The position numbers were made by a program, and so were the translations under genes. DNA of 64,000 bases from Mustelus asterias (lineage: Eukaryota): positions 54,374,001 through 54,438,000 of the forward strand of contig NC_135807.1 of the NCBI RefSeq assembly GCF_964213995.1, read 5' to 3'. Under the pieces are notes generated by a model. The model saw only the letters and a program-made list of their open reading frames with translations, made no database searches and was not told the origin of the DNA. Position 1 is the first letter of the stretch. Each line of letters opens with the position of its first letter. Of this stretch, positions 24,011 to 36,172 are shown one piece after another.

Positions 24011-26274
24011 ATGGACAGGCAGGCAGGCATTCCTGCACAAAATGTGCGCATGACCAGCCCCCCGATTCTCTGAGGGTGACCTGGGAGGCTACTGGATGCA
24101 GCAGAGGCGAGGCGGGACACCCTCTTCCCCCCAGGAGAACGCAGACCCAGGGGGGCTGATGGAAATGTGGCCTGGGAGGCAGTCGCCACCTCAGTTAGTG
24201 CCAGGGCACTGGCCCCCTGAACTGGGAAGCAGTGCTGGAAAAAAGTCAATGACCTCATCCGTGCAGCAAGGGTGAGTGCTGAACCCCATCTTGCATCTTT
24301 CCCCAAATTTCTCCCAGATCCTCCCATCCCCAGCACCCTGCATGCTTCCAGCTCCCAAGCACCTCCTTCCTATCCCCCCAAGAGCCCCATTGTGCTTGCC
24401 CTCTAAGGGCCACCACCTGATATTCTGCAGGAACCGCACCATCATTTCTTTCATGGCTCCTTCTGTCTCCACAGGAGAAGACCAACCATAACACCCATGA
24501 GAGGGTGAAGATGGGGTGGTGAGCCAGACCTCCAGGTCCTCACCCCCTTTGAGGAGCGGGTGCTGGAGCTGTCAAGAGAAGGGGGGATGCGCGCTGTCAA
24601 GATGTGAACACCTGTCATTCCTCCACTCACTTTAAGGCAACTTCTTGGGGGCATGAGTTTTGGGTGCAAGGGGCAAGGTTTAAAGGAGATGTGCAAGGTA
24701 TGTGTATTTATGCAGAGAGGGTAGTGGGTGCCTGGAACTTGCTGCCAGGGGGAGTTCGCAAATGCAGATATGATAGTGGCCTTTAAGGGCATCTCTACAG
24801 CTATGTGAATGGGATGGGAATAGAGGCATAGGGTTCCGGAAGGATAGGGGGTAACAAATCAGATGGGCAGCCTGGTCGATGCAGGCTTGGAGGGCCGAAG
24901 GGCCAGTTCCTGTGACGTAATATTTTAGGCGCTTTGTTCTATGTTCAATGGAGAAATATGAATCACGTGTTTGGCATCCCGGATTCCTCTCCCTCCCTTG
25001 CACTTAACCTTGTGTCCAGTGTTGCAGGGACAGATCTGGATGCCCCGGGCCTTCTGGACTCCAGGCTCCTACTGCAGCTCCCGCCCATCCTGGTCCAGAC
25101 AGCTCAGCTGAGTCCTCGGAGGATATGAGTGAAGGGACTTCCGAGGGTGGCACAGTTTTGGTGTCAGCTTCCACCTCACAACTCACCATCCCAGATACTG
25201 ATACGTCGGTGGGTTCAGTTAGTGGTGAAGCTTCTGGGTCACTCTTTGGTGAGCACGACACATCTGATAATGTACATCAGGTGGAAGAGGGAATGTCCGA
25301 GGCCTCTAGCATGCAGGGGCCTGCCAGAGGCGAGGACTCAGCTGGCCCCAGGCTACATGCTGGGCCTCTGAGATCACTTCTCCCTCAGCTGCTGGAGATG
25401 CAGCAACAGAGCCAGGCAATGCAGGAGGGGCTGATGGCCACACTGGACCGACTGCGAGGCTGTTGGGAGGAGTCCCTTGCATGCTTCCCAGGCCATAACT
25501 GCAAGGATGGCATATGCAGTGGAAAGCCTAGGGTAGGGGATCCTCACCATGAGTGGCAGGCTCCAAGCGAAGGCCGAGTCACAGCAGGCCACAGCTGAGG
25601 GACTGAATAGGCTTGTCGTGACTCTGCAACCCAAGGCTGAGAGGCTCGAGAGCTTGCAGGAGACCCAGCGGGACAGCGCATAAACACAGCAGGCTATGGC
25701 AGCAGCCATTGAGAACATGGTCCAGTCTCAGAGAGCTACGGCTGAGGGCTTGCAGAGCATGGCCCAGTCTCAGAGGGCACTTGCTGCGGCCATTGAGAGG
25801 TGGCCCCGACTCAAGTGGCCATCGCAGAGGGCTCGACAACCATGGGTAGGACGCAGGTGGTCCTCCAGGACTGGAAGTACCAGGTGATGCTGGAGCTTCT
25901 GGAGCTCACTGCAGAAGCACCACCATCCCATGGAGTAACCCAGGGTCCCACAGGAACCCCAAGGGAGGAGGAAGGGCTCGAGCCCATGCCGGGGTCTTCC
26001 AGTCAGGAGATTGTGGCAGTGGCCACACCTTCTGACTCCGCCCTTCCTGGCATCAGGGCGTCTCAGGGGCAGCAGGATGAAGAGGGTGTCATGGAAACAT
26101 CCCAGACACCTGGAAGCAGGCCAGGGCCCTCAAGGTCCAGGGCCTCCAGAGGACGCCCGCCACGCGCATCACAGGCCACGGGGCATGGTAGACAGTTGGC
26201 CCCTCCACCTCCAATGTACATTCTGGGGAGTCACTGAGACATAGCGGTAGGCCACGTAAGGTTAGGAACTTGTA
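24011..26274 (+). pseudogene. Harbinger Myb/SANT-like DNA-binding protein, three exons (~24011-24271, 24475-~24603, 25028-~26274), frameshifted
   Basis: PRFSEGDL..LLDAAEARRDTLFP..WEAVATSVSA..KQCWKKVNDLIRAAR|GTGAGT; CCACAG|EKTNHNTHER..PDLQVLTPFEERVLEL; coiled-coil-like last exon; AATAAA ~26394. Confidence 0.85.
24630..24942 (+). mobile_element. CR1 3' fragment inside the Harbinger Myb intron
   Basis: RVVGAWNLLP; tail gggccgaagggcc..tttgttctatgttc. Confidence 0.85.
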
Positions 26275-26888
26275 GTTGCACTGAGATGGCACGGGTGAAG
26301 GGCTGCACTAGTTAGAAAGATATTTAAGCACCTTAATGTTTTCTGTTCACAAATTTTTATGTTAGAGCGTCTTATTTAAACACCTTTATTGTAAATAAAT
26401 GTTTTTTCACCACCCACCTATGACTAATTTGTCTCACATTTGTCTCGAATAGGAATCCTCTTCCATTGATGATCGCCAGAGCGATGCTTCATATTGATGT
26501 CAGTTGGGGAGGCCCCTCAATTCTGTGTCACTGAGAAAAGGAAGCCATTGGTTCCCCAGACCCCATGAGTGATTCCCTCCCATCCCCCACCCTACCTGTC
26601 CCCCACCCCACCTGCCCCAGGGCCCTGTATGGGGTTTCAGATCTCTTACCCACTACACAGACATGGGCCCAGGTGCCAGCGTGCATGCAGAACTCAGGTA
26701 GGAGTCAGACTAGTTTGCATCTGGGCATCATCATAATGGTGCTTAGCGAGTCATCATCACCCTCCTGCCTGCAAAAAACCCGCGAACACAGAGTACCCAG
26801 GCCCACCACTCTGGTGTGACAATGTTGCAGGATATAGGAGGAATGTTGGGGGATGGGGGGAAGTGATGTAACCAACAGACACAAACCC

Positions 26889-28163
26889 CTAGCGACTGAA
26901 CCGCCTGGTGATCAGGGCCTCCCTTGCCGCCCTCGCATGGTTCATTTGGGCTGCCAACTCTCCAGTGCCTGGTTGGTGTTCCTCGGCATGCTCTTCCTCA
27001 TCTTCCTCCTCCTTCTCTTCCTCTTCCTCCTGCTGGTCATCCTCCCCTGAGATGCCCGGCTGGTCAGTCTCCACGTCCTCCTCCTCCAATCGGTCATCTC
27101 TCTGTCAAGCCAGATTGTGCAAGGCACAGCACACGACCACTATGCGGGAAGTGATCACTGGGCTGTATTGGGTCCAGATCGGTCCAGGCACAGGAATCGC
27201 ATTTTGAGGAATCCATTGCACCTCTCCACTATCGAGCGGGTGGCTACGTGGGCCGCATTATAGCGGGTGTCCGCCTCAGACACAGGCCTCTGCACAGGCG
27301 TCATCAGCCATGTCTGAAGCGGGTAACCCATATGACCCATGAGCCATCTTCACAGCCTGGGCTCCTCCTCAAATGCCTCCGGGATGTCTGAGCTCCTGAC
27401 AATGAAGCTGTCGTGCACACTACCTGGATGTCTTGAGCAGACATTAATAATGTTCATGTTATGGTCGCACAGGAGTTGAACATTCAGGGAGTGGAACCCT
27501 TTCTGTTGATGAATCTCCAGGATTCTGAGGGGAGCCTTGAGGGCGATGTGTGTGCAGTCGATGGTCCCCTGCAGGTTAGGCATCTCCGCAATGGCTGCGA
27601 ACCCTGCAGCCCGGGCTTCCTGATGGGCCTGGTCCAGGTTGAATTTGATGTACTGCCCAGCCCGGGCATACAGGGCTTCTGTGGCCTGCTTGACACAGGT
27701 GTGCATGGCTGATCAGGAGATGCCACAAACATCTCCGCGAGGGGTCCGGAAGGTGCCAGTTGCCTAAAAGTTCAGAGCAGCCGTCAATTTGACAGCCACC
27801 AAGAGTGGGTGCCCCCCCCACCCCACCCACCCCGCCGCCTCTAGGTGCCAGGTCCTGCAACAGGTTGCACAGGTGTTGCTCTGTCTCCTTTCGGAGTCGG
27901 AGACGTCGGCGGCACACGGTGTCCGACATCTGTTCAAATAACACTCGTGCATGGAACTGCCGGGTCTCTGCTCCCTCCTTCTCCTGTGTCCCTCTCTGGG
28001 TGAATGGCAGCCACCTCCCGCCTCTGGTGGTCGTCTCCCTCTACTCCTGCAAGTGGTAACGCCCGGGCCTCCTGTGTCTGCAATTCTTCCTCCAGCGCCT
28101 CATCTCAGTTCCAGCAGCAACCAAAAGAACAGCAAGATCGATTGGTTGCATCGCAAAATCCAT
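26889..28163 (-). pseudogene. Harbinger DDE transposase (HARBI1-like), frameshifted
   Basis: CRRRLRL, VAVKLTAALNF, GTIDCTHIAL, KGFHSLNVQLLCD, PGSVHDSFI, GYPL..WLMTP, RSIVERCNGFLKMRF and an acidic tail, spread over several frames. Confidence 0.93.
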
Positions 28164-28248
28164 CTCGTCACTCTGAGGGGTGGGGGGGTGGAAATGGAGA
28201 GGAACACATGTAGAGGTTAAGGAACACTGCTTGCCCCTAGCACATGAA

Positions 28249-28392
28249 CAGTCACAGCCCTCCGCCCCCCAATTCCCCCAGCCACATGCCCCACAATCAC
28301 AGCCCCCCTGCCCCCCAATTCCCCCAGCCACATGCTCCCCACAGTCACAGCCCCCCCAATTCCCCCAGCCACATGCTCCCCACAATCACAGC
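28249..28392. repeat. Minisatellite, ~3.3 units of ~41-48 bp
   Basis: acartcacagccc..caattcccccagccacatgc repeated upstream of the transposase. Confidence 0.85.
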
Positions 28393-29289
28393 TTCTTGCA
28401 AAGTTCAGGGGTTGCAGCAGTGCAATTTGCAAGGGCTTTGTGCACATCCTTCAGCTGGAAGTGAGCTGAGAGCACTAGGACCCAGCAGCACTGCAAGACC
28501 TGAGGTCAGTGCTGAGACCCGGGTCCGCGCTGCAAGTCGGACATCGGAGACGCTGCAGAGCAACAGCCCCCCAACCCCCCACACACTCGCAGAGCTGCCA
28601 GCGACCCGAGACAGAAAATGGCCGCAACAACAGGATACCCGTGAGTAGCAGAGAGCCGCCAGACGCTATACACTTACCTCCTCACCAACCCTCACTGATG
28701 GAATGCCGGAATCGGACTTTTATGGAGCATGTCTGTTTTGCGCCAATTCCAGATTGGCAAACACAGTGGTAAAGGGGGAAGTGCCGGTAAAATTGGGCGT
28801 GCAGCCCATTAATTCAATTTATATCCATTCAAATGCATTTAAATGGCCGTCGTGCCCGTTCCAAGCACGGTCCCAATCGTGGCCATTTTTGGGCCTTGGT
28901 AAAGGCAGAACCGGCGCGGAGGTGGGCGCAGTTCGCGCTACTCACCTCACGACTGACTTTGCCAAGATTTTGCGCCAGAAAATGGGCGCAACTTGATGGT
29001 TAAATCAGGCTCAATATATTCCAGTTGGGAATTTTCATCTTAAAATAAAACTGTTTTGAATCAAGCTTTTCTATCAATTGGAACAATCCCTTGTGATGAA
29101 ATCTGCTGATTTGACTGAGAAAATGAAAAGCTGAAACAATTATGGAAGAGAATGCCAAAGCTGAAATGTGGCATCTGTAAAAACATAGGCTAAACATCCC
29201 TGAAAGCCATCACTGCAAACATTATCAATTCCTTGTCCAAAGATTGCAGCACAGTGCATCCTCATTTACATGGCACTGGTCCTCTGATC

Positions 29290-30703
29290 CAATGGGGATC
29301 GTGTATTCCCCTGCTGGGAGCTGCTCTGATGAGGAAGAGAGGGGCAGGAGGGAGAGGAGGTCCGGTAGGCGCAGACAGCGTCTCAGGGTGAGGTCTTTAA
29401 GTGGAGATCGCACAGGCTCAGTTGGTGCAGGACCAGCAGGGAGGCCACGGCAGGAGGGTACGCCGCAGACACCAGCTGCAGGAGTGTACAGACAGCACAC
29501 ACACCAACTACCTCCAAATGTTTGATGTCCAGTTCCACAGGAGGCTCCACTTCCCCAGGGACACATTCGAAGCAATATGTCACACTGCAGGTCCTGAAAA
29601 TACCTCCAACTGTGTGGACAGATACCCTGGGCGGGAGTTTCCACCCGCACTCACCCACAAACCGGAAAATACTGGCCAAGGTCAATGGACCTTTCCATTG
29701 TCCCCCCCCCTCGCCCGTTAGATTCCCATGGTGGGCAGAGTGGGAAAATTCCCCCACTTCCACATCAGTGGCTTTGATGGTCACAGTGGCCCTCAACGCC
29801 GTTACGCCTCCATTAATTTCAGGCCTCAGTGGGGGATCTTTGCAGCATCTCTCAATCAGCCACACACAGTCGTATCGAGTTTGTGATTGATACCATTTTT
29901 AGACATGTCTATATGTTCATCCATTTCCAGACAGACGAGGGAAGCCGGGTGGAGAGCGCACGAGGCTACTCTGCAATGGCTGGGTTCCCCTCCATCCAGG
30001 ATGGAATAGATTGCACTCACATGGCCATCAAGGTGAGCTGGGAGCTTTGGTAAACAGAAAGGGGTTCCACTAAATGAATGTACAGACTATCTGTAACCAC
30101 AGCACAGATTCTCCAAGTTTGTACCCATTACCCTGGGAGTTCACACCATTCTTACATCTTGTAGCACTCTCAGGTACCAAGGCTGTTCAAGGCTCCTGCG
30201 CAAGTGAATGGATGGCTCCTGGGTGACAAGGGCTATCCCTTGAGGTGGCAGATGACACCACTCCATCACCAAAGAACTCATGCTGAGGAGAGACACATCA
30301 GGTGTCATGCACCCACATGGAGAGAACCATTGCCGTGCTGAAATGTACTTCAGACTTCTCCAGGGTGTCTCCCTCTGCATCAATGAGCTATTCTATTTGT
30401 GGCAATGTACCTCCAGCCCCATTCTTCTCCCTTGCCTTTGACATGCACCTCACACACAAGGGGTGATAAAACAGACCTGTGAGTGAGAGAATTTCAACTA
30501 TTCACCTGAATCATGCAATGCATTATGACAGCTCTCTGAAGTGGAACTTCCATCCAAGTGCAGATGGAGGTCCCGCCTGCTGCCAGTCAATGCTCAATTG
30601 AACTTGAGTTGGCAGCAGCCCTGTCGGAGTTGGCAGAGATGCATTCTCTACCGACTCTCTGGATGATGGGCACGGAGCAATCATCAGACTGAAAATTCAG
30701 GCC
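29290..30703 (+). pseudogene. Second Harbinger transposase fossil with possible right end, containing a ~127-bp MITE (29629-29755)
   Basis: VTVALN, AGFPSIQDGIDCTHMAIK, NRKGFH*MNVQTIC, YPGSSH, WLLGDKGYPL; end gaaaattcaggcc. Confidence 0.85.
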
Positions 30704-31032
30704 ATTAGTTGCGCAAACACCTTTCCCAAAATGACGTCCTGCTCATTTCCTGTCAGCAAAACACATCTGAGAGTCCAGGTGGTTGCATGGCATCTAAAAT
30801 TCCAGGCATATCCCAATTTAGTTCCATGTCCCGGAAGGAAAGATTTACACTTATGCAGTATTATACATTTCTCAGAAGTATAATTCTAATTATATAAGAC
30901 GAGGTGCCAACCTGGTGAAGTTACAACACAGTGCTACTTGTCTCCCAAACTGCATAAGCAGCAAGTAATAAATATTCAGAGATAAGTGATCCCACAACCA
31001 ATGGAGCAGATCTAAACTCTGCAGTCATTGAG

Positions 31033-31195
31033 TCATAGAATCCCTACAGTGCAGAACGAGGTCATTCGGCCCATCAAGTCTGCACTGACCACAATCCCAC
31101 CCAGGCCCTATCCCCTTAACCCCATCTATTTACCCTGCTAGTCCCCCTAACGCTAAGGGGCAATTTAGCATTGCCAATCAACCTACATCTTTGGA
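31033..31195 (-). mobile_element. Partial HE1-type SINE (3' part)
   Basis: tcatagaatccctacagtgcag tail. Confidence 0.85.
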
Positions 31196-33012
31196 GTCCT
31201 GCCACATCCAGCCGTTAATGGTGGTGGACAATTAAACATCTCACTGGAGGAGGAGGCTCCAAAAGTATTCCCATCCTCAATGACAGACGGGCCCAGCACA
31301 TCAGTGCAAAAGATAAGGCTGAAGGATTCGCAACAATCTTCAACCAGAAGTGCCAAATGGATGATCCATCTTGGCCTCCTCCGGAAGTCCCCAGCATCAC
31401 AGATGTCAGTCTTCAGCCAATTTGATTCACTCGACGTGATATCAAGAAATGGCCTTAGGCACTGGATACTGCAAAAGCTATGGGCCCTGACAATATTCTA
31501 GCTAGAGTATTGAAGACTTGTGCTCCAGAACTAGCCACTCCCCTAGCCAAACTGCTCCAGTACAGCCGCAACACTGGCATCTATCTGGCAATGTGGAAAA
31601 TTGCTCAGGTATGTCCTGTGCATAAGAAACAGGAAAAATCCAATCCAGCCAATTACCGCCCCATCAGGTCCACTCTCGATCATCAGTAAATTAATGGAAG
31701 GGGTCATCAACAGTTATATCAAGCGACACTTATTCAGCAATAATCTGCACAGCTTGGGTTCCGCCAGGGTCATTCAGCTTCTGGCCTCATTACAGTCTTG
31801 GTTCAAACATGGATTGAAGAGCTGAATTTCAGAGGTGAGGTGAGAGTGAGTGCCCTTGACATCAAGGCAGCATTTGACTGAATATGGCATCAAGGAGCCT
31901 GAGTAAAACTGGAGTCAATGGGAATCAGGGGGAAAATCCTCTGCTGGTTGGGGTCATACCTGGCACAAAGGAAGATGGTTGAGGTGATTGGAGGTCAATC
32001 ATTTCAGCTCCAGGACATCACTGCAAGAGTCCCTCTGGGTAGTGTCCTAGGCCCAGCCATCTTCAGCTTCTCCATCAGTGACCTTTCTTCCATCATAACA
32101 TCAGAAGTGGGGATGTTTGCCAATGATTGCACAATGTTCAGCATCATTCACGACTCCTCAGATACTGAAGCAGTCCATGTCCAAGTGCAGCAAGACTTGG
32201 ACAATATCCAGGCTTCTGGTGCTGACAAGTGGCAGATAACATTCGTGCCACACAAGTGCCAGACAATGACCATCGCCAACAAGAGAGGATCTAATCATCA
32301 CCTCTTGTCATTCAATGGCATTACCATTGCTGAATCCCCCACTATCAACATCCTGGGGTTACCATTGACCAGAAACTGAAGTGGACTAGCCATATAAATA
32401 CAGGAGCTACCAGGGCAGGTCAAAGACTAGGAATCCTGCGGCAAGTAACTCATCTCCTGACTCCCCAAAGCCTGTCCGCTGTCTATAAGGCACAAGTCAG
32501 GACTCTAATGGAATACTCTCCATTTGCCTGGATAAATGCAGCTCCAACAACACTCAAGAACTAGACACAATCCAGGACAAAGCAGCCCACTTGATTGCTA
32601 CCCTGTCTACAAACATTCCATCCCTCCACCTCCAACAGTGGCAGTAGTGTTTACCATCTACAAAATGCACTGCAGGAACTCACAAAAGTTCCTTGGGCAG
32701 CACCTTTCAAATCCACAACCATTACCATCTAGGAGGACACGAGCAGCAGAAGCTTGGGAACACCACCACTTGGAGATTTCTCTCCAAGTCACTCACCATC
32801 CTGATTTGGAAATATGTCACCGTTCCTTCATTGTCACTGGGTCAAAATCCTGGATCTCCCTCCCTAACAGCACTGTGGGTGTACCTGCACCTCAGGCACT
32901 GCAGCGATTCAAGAAGGCAGCTCACCACCATCTTCTGAAGGGCAACTAGGGATGGGCAATAAATGCTGGTCTAGCCAGCGATGCCCACATCCCACAAATG
33001 AATATAAAAAAT
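31195..33012 (+). mobile_element. CR1/L2-group LINE, RT domain to 3' end, decayed
   Basis: GPDNI..RVLK.CA.ELA.PL, NPANYRPI, LDIKAAFD, PLGSVLGP, MFANDCT; tail gggcaataaatgctgg..gaatataaaaaa. Confidence 0.92.
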
Positions 33013-33260
33013 AATTATTGTATAACGAATTAGCTCCCAAATTGCAGTGACTATTGTTTGTAGGCATACTGAGCAGCCAATCTGTCATGAAGATGAACAG
33101 AAAAACAATTTCTTCAAATAACGCATCAATTAATATATGGCAGTTTGATTGAAAGTGGAATATGATCCAGGATAAGGAGACAATTTTGTGCTCTTTTGAA
33201 TAGCTTCATGTGATCTTTAAATACGAGCTGAAGCATAAGAACAGCCAGGTGAGTTGGCCA

Positions 33261-33860
33261 ACAAAAACAGAAAAATGCTGGAAAACCTCAGCAGGTCTGA
33301 CAGCCTCTGTGGAGAGAGAAGAGAGACAACTTTCGAGTCAAGATGTTCCTTCGTCAGAGCTGAAAGGAAAGAGAGTCAACAGAGATTTATACTATGAGGG
33401 TAGGGAGGGGTGGTGGAACTGGACAAAGGGAGTGTAAATGAGCATGCAGAAGGCTGAGAAGATGTTGAAAGTATCCATTAAGTGATCAGAATGTGTTAAT
33501 GGCAAAATGAACGTACAGCATGGTAAAGGATTGCCTGAGGAATGAGGCAGTTGGCCTGAAGAGGTGGGTGGGGGGAGGGGGTGGGTGGGAGGGGGGGGGG
33601 GGGGTGCGTGGAAAGAAGGAAAGGGAAAAAATGAAGAATGAGATGAAATGAAATAAAATAAATGAAAATGGGGTGAAGGTGGAGGGGAGAGTTCATGCTC
33701 TGAAGTTGTTGAACTCAATGTTCAGTTCAGAAAGCTGTAAAGTGCCCAATCAGAAGATGAGGTGCTGCTCCTCAAGTTCGCATTGGGGTTCGCTAGAACA
33801 TTGCAACAGGCCAAGGACGCACATGTGGGCAGGGGAGCAGGGTGGTGTGTTGAAGTGGCA
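33261..33860 (-). mobile_element. Penelope-like element (family 2): GIY-YIG C-terminus, 3' UTR and hammerhead core
   Basis: Minus strand LGLLQCSSEPQCELEEQHLIF*LGTLQLSELNIEFNNF; 10-bp TSD gagttggcca; lies in an old Deu-SINE (~33030-33250). Confidence 0.88.
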
Positions 33861-34059
33861 GAGTTGGCCATCTCATTCGTGGTTTGGATGAGGTCCTGTT
33901 TTGAAAGAAGCAATCTATTGTTGAAATTAATGCTACCAAAATCAGTGGTGATTAAGGAGATGTGTGGGGCTCAGGAAAACACACTATTGAGACAAAGAAA
34001 ACAGTTCTAAACCTGGTGCCTGATCAGAACAGGGCATGTGGAATGGTTTATAATTGGGA

Positions 34060-34223
34060 CAGTAAGAAGTCTCACAACACCAGGTTAAAGTCCAACAGGT
34101 TTATTTGGTAGCAAATACCATAAGCTTTCGGAGCACAGCTCCTTCGTCAGATGGGGTGGATATCTGTTCTCCAACAGTGCACAGACACAGAAATCAAGTT
34201 TCAGAATACTAATTTATATAATT
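34060..34223 (-). mobile_element. 164-bp Penelope terminal fragment with hammerhead core
   Basis: 16-bp TSD tggtttataattggga; CTGACGA-AGGAGCTGTGCTCC-GAAA on minus strand (34126-34150). Confidence 0.88.
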
Positions 34224-34832
34224 TGGTTTATAATTGGGAGCAGTGCACCTTGTTTGCTCCTCACTTGTGCTCTGTATTTATTTTGGACATAGTCTCAAGA
34301 ATATGTTTCTGCCAAGCTGTGTGGCCTCGCAGCACAGGTACAGTGCAAGCCTGGTTCTTTGACAAATAATGCACAAAAAATATCACTGATACAAATTAAT
34401 CTCACACACAACAACATTTTAAAGGGATTATTGGCCTTCACCCAGATGACCAGATTAAAATACAATAGTCAGGATCCTATGGTTCATTTTGATCCCATCC
34501 TGCATACTTTGCACAATGTACAAAATCTGACAGTAAAACCTCGAGCAAGGCAGAATAAATAAGGCTGCCTCCAAGAAGGCCAGGTTAGCAGGGAGAGGAA
34601 TAGTCCTCTAGACCTGACAATAAAGATCAAGGGGATCCAGCCCTGGGCCTTCTCATCCTTCCCTGACCTCAATCACTTTCAAAGCTCTCTCCAAATCCAC
34701 TTACTTGACTGGCAGGGACCATCTATTAATTTCTGCACAATCATCTGTGAAGAAAGATGATTTTTACTCCACTACACCGTCCATTTTTCTCCTAGGATTA
34801 ATTATAGTTATGAAATTCTCTATTCAATATTG

Positions 34833-34989
34833 GCGATGAACTGGGGTGGGCACAATAAGAAGTGTCACAACACCAGGTTAAAGTCCAACAGGTTTATTTG
34901 GAATCACGAGCTTTTGGAGCGCTCCAAAAGCTTATGATTCCAAATAAACCTGTTGGACTTTAACCTGGTGTTGTGACACTTCTTACTAT
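34833..34989. mobile_element. Palindromic Penelope terminal insertion
   Basis: ~64-bp arms with 2 mismatches and no loop; 10-bp TSD ttcaatattg. Confidence 0.9.
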
Positions 34990-35039
34990 TTCAATATTGC
35001 CTGTGAATGTAATGCAATAAACATCATAACTTTGTGTTC

Positions 35040-35870
35040 CACGTGTATAGAGACAAATATAGACAAGGAATGTAGTAATAACATATCTAGATTTCCAAAA
35101 CGCCCTCCATAAAATGCCACATAATAGACATGAGTGAGATCAGAGCATGTGAAGTTAGAGAGAAATCTTCAGAATGCTAGCTGGCTGCATGACAGGAAAG
35201 ACATAGTAGGGGTAAAGGGTAGCTATTCAGAGAGGCAGGAGATACAAAGTGGCATCCCACAAGGATCAGTCATGGTAATATTGTATTCACAATTTATATG
35301 AATGAATTAGACTTTCTGTAATCAAAAATCCAATTTCTAAATTTCTGGATGACACCAAATCTGGGGAGATAGTACTGAAAAATTACAAGAAGATATTAAT
35401 AAGTTAGAACTCAGAATTAGTGCATAATTAGAAAATATATTTCAACTTTCATGTGGGGTATTACATTTTGGTAAATAACAATCTGGAGGTCTCAAATGAC
35501 TTGGGAAATAAGAATCTAAATGGGGTAGAGGATCAAAGAGATCATGAATTACAAATACACAAGTCATTAAAAGCAGCAACACAAGTTAATAAGGTCATAA
35601 AATAAGTGAACAAAGCATTGATGTTTATTTCTAAAGGAACAGAATTGAAAAGTAGCAAAGTTGTGCTAAATTTGTATTGAATCTTTAGACCACACTTGGG
35701 CCAGAATTCTCCTCTGTTTGCACCCTGCTGCCATTGCCAGCCAGAATGAAAAGCTTGGCGCTCAGCAAAATCTCTATTCACTGCTTCGGGACCAAAGAAT
35801 CCCAGCTGCGGGCGAGATTGGAGAATCTGGCCCTTGGAGTATTGTGTAAATTCTGGTTGTCATATTATGA
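35040..35870 (+). mobile_element. Old CR1 RT fragment with a 136-bp MITE at 35698-35833
   Basis: YLDFQNA, SGIPQGSV, KFLDDTK, RPHL / EYCV; MITE flanked by ctt. Confidence 0.8.
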
Positions 35871-35871
35871 G

Positions 35872-36172
35872 GGGAGATGGTGGCATAGTGGTAATGTCAC
35901 TAGATTAGCAATCCAGAGGTCTAGGCTAATGTTCTAGGGACACGGATTCAAATCTCATCATGGCAGCTGGTGGAATTTAAATTCAATTAACTAATAACAT
36001 TGGAATTGAAAGCAGTGATTCACTAATGTCCCTAAGGGAAGGAAATCTGCCTGGCCTACATGTGACTCCAGATCCACAGCATGTGGTTGATTCATAATTG
36101 CCCTCTGAAATGGCCTGGCAAGCCACTCAGTTCAGCGACAACTAAGGATGGTTCAACAAATGCAGGCCTTGC
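35872..36172 (+). mobile_element. tRNA-derived SINE (family 2), older copy
   Basis: Homology to 22323 and 46377. Confidence 0.8.

Larger units (their letters stand above)
23224..29012. mobile_element. Full-length decayed PIF/Harbinger transposon (~5.8 kb)
   Basis: Imperfect 17-bp TIRs (TGGCCCTCTTTTACCAT / ATGGTTAAATCAGGCTC); convergent Myb and transposase genes; both ends match the MITE at 56765-57861. Confidence 0.92.

Noticed and set aside
23224-29012. Domesticated HARBI1/NAIF1 host genes
   Set aside because: Multiple frameshifts and stops, an altered catalytic motif (GHMGY), retained TIRs and a related MITE all indicate a dead transposon.
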